Below are positions 50,649-61,698 of a stretch of DNA of 64,000 bases, in pieces; the stretch's first letter is position 1; every line of letters begins with the position of its first letter. Made by a program: the position numbers and the translations under genes. The stretch covers positions 147,002,001 to 147,066,000 of the forward strand of contig OZ024740.1 in assembly GCA_964016885.1 (NCBI GenBank), given 5' to 3'. Below the pieces are notes generated by a model, which did no database searches, had not been told where the DNA came from, and saw only the letters and a list, made by a program, of their open reading frames with translations. This DNA comes from Eledone cirrhosa (lineage: Eukaryota).

Positions 50649-52219
50649 GAAAAGTACCTAGCTAAAAGTAAGCCACTCTACTTGGCATTTGTCGACCTTG
50701 AGAAAGCCTTTGACAGAGTTCCACGTGCAGTAATCTGGTGGGCTCTTAGAAAACTAGGAGTAGATGAATGGCTTGTGAAAGCGGTACAAGCCATGTATAG
50801 GGGAGCAGTCAGCAAAGTTAGGATTGGCAATGAGTATAGCGAGGAATTTAGCGTACAGGTTGGGGTCCACCAGGGCTCTGTTCTTAGCCCTCTCCTGTTC
50901 ATCATAGTCCTGCAGGCAATAACGGAGGAGTTTAAGACCGGATGCCCATGGGAACTCCTGTATGCTGATGACCTCGCACTCATAGCTGAATCTATGGTAG
51001 AACTAGAGAATAAATTCCAAACCTGGAAGCAGGGACTAGAGAGAAAGGGCCTCAAAGTCAACATGACAAAGACTAAGGTCCTTATAAGTAGACGAGAAAA
51101 CAGAACCCAGATCCCCTCAGGGAAATGGCCTTGCTCAGTATGTAGGAAAGGTGTAGGTAGGAACTCCATTCTTTGCCCCAAATGCAAACAATGGGTACAC
51201 AAGAGATGTAGCGGGATCTCAGGAAGCTTAATTAAGAATGTAGGATTCACATGCAGCAGCTGTGCTGAAACAGCAAGCAAACAGCCACAGGAAACAAGTA
51301 CCACCAATCTCTGGGAGGGCCCTGTAGAAACAGTAGACAGCTTCTGCTACCTAGGTGACCGAATTAGCAACGGAGGTGGGTGCTCAGAAAGTACAATAAC
51401 TAGGGTAAGAACGGGATGGAAGAAGTTTAGGGAACTACTACCACTGCTAGCTGCAAAAGGCTTCTCCCTCAGAATGAAAGGCAGACTGTATGATGCGTGT
51501 ATCCGAACAGCGATGTTGCATGGTAGTGAGACCTGGGCGCTGAAGGTGGAAGACTTACGTAGATTAGAGAGAAACGAAGCCTGCATGCTCCGATGGATGT
51601 GTAACAGTAATATACGTGAACGACAAAGCATAAAGGAATTGAGAGAGTGACTGAGCATAAGAGGAATCAAATGCTGCGTGCAGGAGAGGCGGTTACGCTG
51701 GTATGGACATGTGATGCGTATGAAGGATGACAGCTGCATAAAAAGGTGCAGAGCACTAGAAGTTGATGGAAACCGCGGAGTGGGGAGACCCAAGATGACT
51801 TGGGATGAGGTGATAAAAGCCGACCTTACCCAACTACACCTCTCAAAGTCAATGACACACGACCGTGACTTCTGGCGTCACGCAGTAATACAGGGTACCC
51901 GACCTCCCATGGGTACATGCTGAAACAATATGCCCCCCCCCCCCCCACCGCAAGGTGGTCGTGGAGGTGCCACGGCAAAAAAGCACCCAGCCCACACTGT
52001 AAAGTGGACGTGTAGGCGCCACGAAAAAGCACCCAGCACTCACTGTAAATGAGGTTGGTGTTAGGAAGGGCATCCAGCTGTAGAAATCAAGCCAGATCAG
52101 TTCCTGTATGAGCAAGGCATGGTCAGCCGACCAGACACTGCCCACAACAGGACAACCCGTCTAACCCATGCTAGCGTGGAAGAACGGACGTAAAACGGTG
52201 ATGATGATGATGATGATGA
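50646..52219 (+). mobile_element. 5'-truncated RTE LINE (family B) with PHD finger inside RT
   Basis: FVDLEKAFDRV, GVHQGSVLSP, LYADD, KVNMTKTK, C4HC3 insert, FCYLG, RRLRWYGHV. One stop at 51648; (GAT)n tail. Confidence 0.96.
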
Positions 52220-52237
52220 TATATATACTATATATAT

Positions 52238-55037
52238 CATCATCAACGTTTAACGTCCGTGTTCCACGCTTGCATGGGTTTGGACGGGGGTAGTCCCACT
52301 TGAGGCAAGAGTGATTGTCTTGCTCGCATAGGACTGTCTGGCAGGTTTTCTACAGTTGGATGCCCTTCCTAACACCAACCACATTTACAGTGTGGGTCTG
52401 GGAGGTTTTTACCGTGTTGCCTACACGGCCACATTACAGCGTGGACTGTGCGTTTTTTTGTCGTGACACCTACACGATCTCATTTGTTTCGGCCTCGATG
52501 GCGCGGCACCAACATAACTTTACATAGAACGGGGTGGTGTGGATGGGGTGGGGGTGGTGGTGGTGGGACGGGGTGTATTTTGTTAGAGATGCCTACTGGC
52601 TGGAGTAGGTTTTACTATATATTTAGGTAAGGCGGGTCTTCTCTGTTACTGAGTACCGCCAAAGGTCTCAGTCCAGTGACATTGTCTTGGAGAGGTGTAA
52701 GTGTGTGATGTCGGAGTTTATCAGCTCGTCCCAGGTTTTTCTAGGTCTGCCTATTCCGTGACTACCGTCTATCTTTATTGCCCTGCACTTTGTTATACAG
52801 CTATCGACTTTCATGCGCATCACGTGTCCATACCAACGTAGCCTTCTCTCGAGTAAACAACATCTGATCCCTCTTATCTCTAATTTTTTCCTTAGTTCGT
52901 TTATGCTTTGCCGTTCACGTATATTACTGTTACACATCCAGCGGAGCATGCAAGCTTCGTTCCTCTCTAGTCTGCGTATATCCTCTGCACACAATGCCCA
53001 GGTCTCACTGCCATGCAGCATTGCTGTTCGTATGCAGGCATCGTACAACCTGCCTTTCATTTTTAGTGAGAGCCCTTTAGCAGCTAATAGTGGTATAAGC
53101 TCTCTGAACTTTTTCCAACCAGTTCTGACTCTAGCTACAGTACTTTCAGAGCACCCTCCCCCACTGCTGATTTTATCGCCCAGGTAACGGAAGCTGTCCA
53201 CTATTTCTATAGAACCCTCTGCGCAATTGAAAGAGCTAGTATTTTGTGGGCACTTGCTGCTACTTATTGCACCAGAGCACCGGCCACATGTAAAATCTAT
53301 GTTCTTAGTTAGCTTACCTGTGATCCCACTACATCTTTTATGCACCCATACTTTGCATTTAGGACATAAAATGGAGTTTCTACCTACGCCTTTCCTACAC
53401 ACCGAGCACGACCATTTCCCAGAAGGGACCGCCGCCTTGTTTTCTTTCCTACAAACTAGTACTTTGGTCTTAGCCAGGTTAATTTTAAGTCCTTTTGACT
53501 CTAGGCTGTGCTTCCATGTTTGGAATTTCTTCTCTAGCTCAGCCATTGATTCCGCTATGAGTGTCAGGTCGTCTGCGTATAGGAGTTCCCATGGGCAGCC
53601 TGTCTTGAACTCCTCTGTTATAGCCTGAAGGGCAATAATAAATAGTAGTGGGCTGAGAACAGAGCCCTGATGGACGCCAACTTTTACGCTAAACTCTTCA
53701 CTATATTCGTTGTTAATTCTAACCTTGCTGACTGTTTCTTTATACATGGCTTGTATAGCCCTCACAAGCCATTCGTCAACGCCTAGTTTTCTAAGAGCCC
53801 ACCAGATAATGGAGCGGGGGACTCTGTCGAAGGCTTTCTCCAAGTCGACAAAAGCTAAGTAGAGGGGTTTACCTTTAGCTAGGTACTTCTCCTGTAGTTG
53901 TCGTACTATGAAAAGAGCATCTGTGGTACTTTTGCCTGACACAAACCCGAACTGCATTTCATCTAGGTCAATTCTCTCTCTGATTAGTTGCGCTATTACT
54001 TTTTCCGTGACCTTCATGACCTGGTCGATTAATTTAATGCCTCTATAGTTACTCCTATCTAGGGCGTCTCCTTTACCCTTATAACAGTTAACGATGATGC
54101 TGCTATGCCAGTCCTTCGGAACAACCCCATTCTGTACGACTTGGTTAACTATGCTGGTGACCATGGTGTGTCCCACCGTGCCAGATGCCTTCAGCATCTC
54201 AGCAACTATTTCCGAAGGCCCAGCCGCCTTACCCGTCTTCATATCCTTGATTGCCTTACTTATTATACTCCCCTCGACTAACACTGCTGGTCCCTCTATT
54301 GGGTCGATATGGGGGAGACTGTCTTTCTCCCATTTATTCTCCCATTTATTCTCCTCATTTAGTAGCCTTTCATAGTGACACTTCCAAGCTACCTTCTTAT
54401 CAGCGTCGGTGATGGCAAGTGTGCCATCGTCGTTTAGTACACACTTCTCCCCGACAATATCACGGTTTTCCTTGACACATTGCCTGGCAATCCTGAACAC
54501 CTCACGTTTTTGGTCCTCACGTTGTAGAACATGCTTGAACTTTCTTTCCTCAGCTTCCCTTCTTGCTAAGTACACTTGTCTCCTAGCTTCCCTCCTGGCC
54601 ACTTGATAGTCTTCTCTACTTCCTCCATCCCGCCATACTTTCCAAGCCTGCTTTTTGGCCTTAATTGACCCCTCCACCTTACTGTTCCACCACCATGTTA
54701 CTCTCCTCCTGCCTATAGGCCTGCTCCAGCCACAGACTTCGTCTGTCGCCAACAGCAGGTTTGCTTTCAGAAATTCCCACTCTCCCTCTATATTGTCCGA
54801 CTCTAAATGTTCTTCCTTACTGTCGAAAGCATCAAGTAATATGCTTTGAAATTTATTCCTGGCTGTGGGGTCCTTTAGCTTCCATATTTTTCTCCTGAGG
54901 ATAGTCCTCTTCTGCTGTCGAGTACGTCTCGTCCTGACTATGAGGTCGCTAATTATCAGTCTATGTTGGGAGGTGCATTCTTCATGGGGGAGGGATTTAG
55001 TGTTTACAACAGACACTCTGTCACGTCTTCTGGTAAG
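52238..55037 (-). mobile_element. 5'-truncated RTE LINE (family A): end of APE, linker, complete RT with PHD insert, 3'UTR
   Basis: 782-aa ORF 52668-55016 with SQHRL, KAAGP, KGKGD..DRSNYRGI, YADD and the PHD insert. Confidence 0.97.
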
Positions 55038-55087
55038 TATATATATATATATATACTATATATATATATATACTATATATATATATA

Positions 55088-55150
<63 letters not shown>

Positions 55151-55174
55151 TATATATATATATATATATATATA

Positions 55175-55205
<31 letters not shown>

Positions 55206-55282
55206 CTATATATATATATACTATATATATATATACTATATATATATATACTATATATATATATACTATATATATATATATA

Positions 55283-55313
<31 letters not shown>

Positions 55314-55619
55314 CTATATATATATATATATATATATACTATATATATATATATATACTATATATATATATATATATACTATATATATATATATACTATA
55401 TATATATATATATATATATATACTATATATACTATATATATATATATATATATATATACTATATATACTATATATATATATATATACTATATATATATAT
55501 ATATATACTATATATATATATATATATATACTATATATATATATATATATATATACTATATATATATATATATATATACTATATATATATATATATATAT
55601 ATACTATATATATATATAT
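55038..55619. repeat. (TA)n array with TACTA interruptions (resumes at 55841-55970)
   Basis: Directly visible. Same pattern as 49441-50645. Confidence 0.97.
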
Positions 55620-55840
55620 TTTTCAATCGATCGACTTTCGTCAAATCGGACCGAGGAAACAATGTTTCCGTTGGTCTTTCCAGTTGCTAGTACTATCTAT
55701 CGGTCGCAACTCCAGGTAGAAGGAGCAACGTGAAATAAAGTGTCTTGCTCAAGGACATAACGCATCGCCTGGTCCAGGAATCGAACTCACAACCTCAAGA
55801 TTGTGAATCCAATTCTCTAACCACTCAGCCACACGCCTTC
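55620..55840 (-). mobile_element. tRNA-derived SINE with family-1-type head and central domain but a different 3' part
   Basis: Minus strand reads GGCGTGTGGCTGAGTGG...GAGTTCGATTCC...GTCCTTGAGCAAGACACTTTATTTCAC. Confidence 0.8.
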
Positions 55841-55970
55841 ATATATATATATACTATATATATATATATACTATATATATATATACTATATATATACTAT
55901 ATATATATATATACTATATATATATATAGTATATATATATATATATATACTATATATATATATATATATA

Positions 55971-56262
55971 ATCGTGTAGGTGTCACGACAAAAAAACACA
56001 GTCCACGCTGTAATGTGGCCGTGTAGGCAACACGGTAAAAACCTCCCAGACCCACACTGTAAATGTGGTTGGTGTTAGGAAGGGCATCCAACTGTAGAAA
56101 ACCTGCCAGACAGTCCTATGCGAGCAAGACAATCACTCTTGCCTCAAGTGGGACTACCCCCGTCCAAACCCATGCAAGCATGGAACACGGACGTTAAACG
56201 TTGATGATGATGATGATATACCCATGCTAACGTGGAAGAATGGACGTAAAACGGTGATGATG
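55971..56262 (+). mobile_element. RTE family A 3'UTR tail followed immediately by a ~45-bp family B tail
   Basis: 55971-56215 matches the family A 3'UTR; 56219-56262 matches 52163-52210. Confidence 0.88.
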
Positions 56263-56293
<31 letters not shown>

Positions 56294-56567
56294 CATATAT
56301 GCATATATACATATATATATATACATATATGCATATATATATATATACATATATGCATATATATATATATATATATACATACATATATGCATATATACAT
56401 ATATGCATATATACATATATGCATATATACATATATACATATATGCATATATACATATATGCATATATACATATATGCATATATACATATATACATATAT
56501 GCATATATACATATATACATATATGCATATATACATATATACATATATACATATATGCATATATACA
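56263..56567. repeat. (CATATA)/(TGCATA)-type AT-rich microsatellite
   Basis: Directly visible. Confidence 0.95.
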
Positions 56568-58170
56568 TATCATCATCATCATCATCATCATCAGCGTTTA
56601 ACGTCCGTGTTCCACGCTTGCATGGGTTTGGACGGGGGTAGTCCCACTTGAGGCAAGAGTGATTGTCTTGCTCGCATAGGACTGTCTGGCAGGTTTTCTA
56701 CAGTTGGATGCCCTTCCTAACACCAACCACATTTACAGTGTGGGTCTGGGAGGTTTTTACCGTGTTGCCTACACGGCCACATTACAGCGTGGACTGTGTG
56801 TTTTTTTGTCGTGACACCTACACGATCTCATTTGTTTCGGCCTCGATGGCGCGGCACCAACATAACTTTACATAGAACGGGGTGGTGTGGATCGGGTGGG
56901 GGTGGTGGGACGGGGTGTATTTGTTAGAGATGCCTACTGGCTGGAGTAGGTTTTACTATATATTTAGGTAAGGCGGGTCTTCTCTGTTACTGAGTACCGC
57001 CAAAGGTCTCGGTCCAGTGACATTGTCTTGGAGAGGTGTAAGTGTGTGATGTCGGAGTTTATCAGCTCGTCCCAGGTTTTTCTAGGTCTGCCTATTCCGT
57101 GACTACCGTCTATCTTTATTGCCCTGCACTTTGTTATACAGCTATCGACTTTCATGCGCATCACGTGTCCATACCAACGTAGCCTTCTCTCGAGTAAACA
57201 ACATCTGATCCCTCTTATCTCTAATTTATTCCTTAGTTCGTTTATGCTTTGCCGTTCACGTATATTACTGTTACACATCCAGCGGAGCATGCAAGCTTCG
57301 TTCCTCTCTAGTCTGCGTATATCCTCTGCACACAATGCCCAGGTCTCACTGCCATGCAGCATTGCTGTTCGTATGCAGGCATCGTACAACCTGCCTTTCA
57401 TTTTTAGTGAGAACCCTTTAGCAGCTAATAGTGGTATAAGCTCTCTGAACTTTTTCCAACCAGTTCTGACTCTAGCTACAGTACTTTCAGAGCACCCTCC
57501 CCCACTGCTGATTTTATCGCCCAGGTAACGGAAGCTGTCCACTATTTCTATAGAACCCTCTGCGCAATTGAAAGAGCTAGTAGTTTGTGGGCACTTGCTG
57601 CTACTTATTGCACCAGAGCACCGGCCACATGTAAAATCTATGTTCTTAGTTAGCCTACCTGTGATCCCACTACATCTTTTATGCACCCATACTTTGCATT
57701 TAGGACATAAAATGGAGTTTCTACCTACGCCTTTCCTACACACCGAGCACGACCATTTCCCAGAAGGGACCGCCGCCTTGTTTTCTTTCCTACAAACTAG
57801 TACTTTGGTCTTAGCCAGGTTAATTTTAAGTCCTTTTGACTCTAGGCCGTGCTTCCATGTTTGGAATTTCTTCTCTAGCTCGGCCATTGATTCCGCTATG
57901 AGTGTCAGGTCGTCTGCGTATAGGAGTTCCCATGGGCAGCCTGTCTTGAACTCCTCTGTTATGGCCTGAAGGGCAATAATAAATAGTAGTGGACTGAGAA
58001 CAGAGCCCTGATGGACGCCGACTTTTACGCTAAACTCTTCACTATATTCGTTGTTAATTCTAACCTTGCTGACTGTTTCTTTATACATGGCTTGTATAGC
58101 CCTCACAAGCCATTCGTCAACGCCTAGTTTTCTAAGAGCCCACCAGATAATGGAGCGGGGGACTCTGTCG
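56568..58170 (-). mobile_element. 5'-truncated RTE family A copy with an intact frame from DRVPR to the stop
   Basis: ORF 56964-58170 includes YADD, PHD and FRYLG; (CAT)n tail. Confidence 0.96.
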
Positions 58171-58237
58171 ATATATATACATATATACATATATGCATAT
58201 ATACATATATATATATATATATACATATATGCATATG

Positions 58238-58580
58238 GAGGCACATGGTTTAGTGGTTAGAGCATTGGCCTTGCAATCGAAAGGTTGTGAGTTCAATTCT
58301 CAGACCGGGTGATGTGTTGTTTCCTTGAGCAAGACACTTTATTTCACATTGCTCCAGTTTACTCAGCTGTAGAAATGAGATGATAGGGACTGAGGTCCTT
58401 ATCATTCCACTGTAAAGTGGTTGTGGAGGTGCCACAGCAAAAAAGCACCCAGCACTCACTGTAAATGAGGTTGGTGTTAGGAAGGGCATCCAGCTGTAGA
58501 AATCAAGCCAGCATCAGTTCCCGTCCCACCCTTGCAAGCAGGGAAAAAGCGGACGTAAAATGAAATGATGAAATGATGAT
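58238..58580 (+). mobile_element. Full-length tRNA-derived SINE family 1
   Basis: A box TGGTTTAGTGG, B box GAGTTCAATTC, central domain, RTE-shared body and tail. Confidence 0.9.
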
Positions 58581-58583
58581 GAT

Positions 58584-58687
58584 GCATATATACATATATA
58601 TATACATATATGCATATATACATATATGCATATATGCATATATGCATATATACATATACATATATATACATATACATATATATACAT

Positions 58688-58732
<45 letters not shown>

Positions 58733-58953
58733 CATATATATATACATATATATATATACATATATATATACATATATATATATACATATATATATACACA
58801 TATATATATACATATATATATACATATATATATACATATATATATACATATATATATATACATATATATATATACATATATATATACATATATATATACA
58901 TATATATATACATATATATATATACATATATATATATACATATATATATATAC

Positions 58954-58984
<31 letters not shown>

Positions 58985-58985
58985 C

Positions 58986-59016
<31 letters not shown>

Positions 59017-59029
59017 CATATATATATAC

Positions 59030-59061
<32 letters not shown>

Positions 59062-59093
59062 TCATATATATATATATGCATATATACATATAT
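58584..59093. repeat. (TA)n/(CATATATA)n microsatellite
   Basis: Directly visible. Confidence 0.95.
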
Positions 59094-59094
59094 A

Positions 59095-61698
59095 GTAATA
59101 ATAATAAATTTGAAGACCAAAATCCAAAGAGGGCTCGATAAGGATAAATATATATCAAATATATAAGAACCGTAGCTAAAACTCCTGATACAGAAAATAG
59201 ACGCGTTCATTAAAAGGTTGCGTTGGCGTGCCTTTTATTTCGATAATCCGCGAAAAGCAGACAACAAACAGGATAAATTTGGATTTAAAACATAATAACC
59301 CCCCGTGTAACACAGCATTGCTACCCTTTGAAAATGATGTCTTGGAACTCATTCGGAGTATCAAATTTCGGAATAGGAGCAATTCCTTCCAGAATTCGTT
59401 CTATTAGGGATTCTAATGCCGTGCACGTCCATTCCGACAAAACTGGCAACCTATATCAAGTGGAGCGCAGTACTTACCATCAACTACTAGATAATGCTGT
59501 AACTAAGGATTACCGTAAAACTAATTGGTGCGTCATCAATGAAATCAACGATGCTGGGTTTAAAATCACATCTGATCTCAACATCCTGGACCGGACCGAA
59601 CCTCTGGACCCTATTTCTCCCCACTTTACTCTGAAGGATCACAAATCCAATTTTCCGAACAACCCCTCTATTTGGCTTATTAACCCTACGAAGTCCGATT
59701 TAGGCAGACTTAGTAAAACGATTCTTGATAGAATTATACCTGAAATTAGAAGTTTGGCCCCTCTTGCACTGTGGAACAATTCTTTCGCGGTGATTGATTG
59801 GTTTAACGGCATATGTAACAAGGAACATTGCCGTTTTATCCAATTCGACATTAACAATTACTACTCCTCCATCACTTTACCACTTCTCCTTAGAGCTATC
59901 AATTTCGCTAAAACTCTCACAGTGGTTAAGGATTTCGAAGTTGATGTCATCCTCAATGCCCGAAAGTCGGTGATTAATTTCGACGACTCTATTTGGATTA
60001 AAAAATCCAATAGTACCCCATTCGACGTGAGTATGGGCGCCAGTGATTCTGCGGAGGTTACTGATCTTATCGGCCTTTTCCTTCTTTTCTCTATCAAGGA
60101 TCAATTCCCCAATGCGGGCGGTGGTTTGTACCATGACGATGGTCTTTTGACCATGACTAAGTGCGTACCTCGTGCTTGCGACAGGTTCAGAAAAGAACTC
60201 ACAGCCTTCTTTAAAGGCTTCAACCTCTCTATACAGGTTGAGGCCAATCTCTCGGTCGTTAATTACCTCGACATTACCCTCAATTTATTGAATGGGTTTT
60301 ATTACCCGTATAGAAAGCCGAATGATACGCTTAATTACATAAGTAAGCATTCCAACCATCCTGCCAGCATAACCAAGAACCTGGTAAGAAACTATTCGTT
60401 GAGGCTTTCCCGTCTTTCCACCAACGAGCGTATTTTCAATGACCATTCCACTTATTACAATGGAGCTCTTGCTCGTAGTGGATTTGTCGATAAGGTAGCA
60501 TATACAGAGTACGAAAATAGACCTAGAAGAAATAGATCCCGTTGCATTTGTTAGTATAACCCACCATATAATATGGAGGTGGCCACACCATTAGCTAAGA
60601 TCTTTCTTTCCCTTATTACGAAGCATTTTCCCTCTACACATAAATATAGTAAAATGTTTAATAGAAGTACTATTAAAATTTCTTACTCTACGACTCCTAA
60701 CCTTGCACATAACATCACAGCTTCAAATTTAGCTAAACTACCTAGCCGTAGGAACACGTGCAACCCTGTAGTTAGTACTAACTGTAATTGTAGGAATCAG
60801 GTTGATTGCCCCCTATCCGGGAAATGCCTCTCTAGTAACATTGTCTACAAATGTAAGGTTGTAACACCCACGTCCCGTAGGGTCTACATAGGGTTAACCG
60901 CCAATAGATTCAAGCAGCGTCTTTACATGCATACCCATTCTTTTCGTTACCCTCTAAGAAGGAATATGACGTCACTTTCAGCTTATATCTGGAGTCTAAA
61001 AGACAACCACACCCAATATAAGTTACACTGGGAGATCCTAGCTAGGGCTAGATCATATAACGGAAATAAAAGACCATGTGACCTCTGCGCCGCTGAGGCC
61101 CTGGAAATACTCTACGCCACAGACCACATTCTTAAACAAAAAATCTGAGGCAATTTCGGCTTGTAAACATAAATTGCACAAAACCTTCCTGTATTACAGC
61201 CCCACGTTATACCCTAACGGATAGTACGATCTATACGTGGATATTTTACATCTTGATGTGGGAGCTAAGTATATGTTTTGTTTATACCATTACTTATTTG
61301 CATAGGTAAGTATATATTACCTGTATGTTTTGTGAAGGTACGTATACCTTCTCGTACGTATATTTGATTGTTTACATTATGGCGTATATTTTTATATATT
61401 CAGGTACATATGGTTTGGCTTTGTGTATACGGGAGTTTTGCGTCTGTGTGAGTATGCTGGTTCGTAAGTATGTAGGGTGTGTGTATATGTGTACTTCATG
61501 TTTTGGTTGACTTACGTCTCCGAATACTTGTGTATTTACATGTAGGTATGTGTGTGCGCTCGTTATATACGTATTTATTTATTTATATACGTTTATATAA
61601 TTATTTATTTGTATACACGCATACACACACACACAAATTTATACGTGCATGGTTTTGTATACCTATGGTAAGTGTTTTGCGTATGCTTGTGTATGTAC
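59095..61698 (+). mobile_element. Near full-length Penelope-like element, Naiad-like (RT + Zn-knuckle GIY-YIG), lightly pseudogenised
   Basis: [57 protein letters not shown]...CPLSGKCL, VYIGLT..FKQR..H, CDLC, and SACKHK after a frameshift. In-frame TAG at 60552. Confidence 0.88.

Noticed and set aside
51648-52670. In-frame TGA codons in RTE ORFs as possible selenocysteine or readthrough
   Set aside because: They are not at Cys positions. The one at 52668 is CGA in sister copies, so it is a copy-specific CpG-type mutation.
58238-58310. tRNA-like sequences (also at 55765-55840 and 21531-21620)
   Set aside because: These are SINE heads continuing into repeat bodies; no convincing complete cloverleaf.
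54865-59210. Ile/Tyr/His-rich ORFs
   Set aside because: Translations of (TA)n and (CATATA)n microsatellites.
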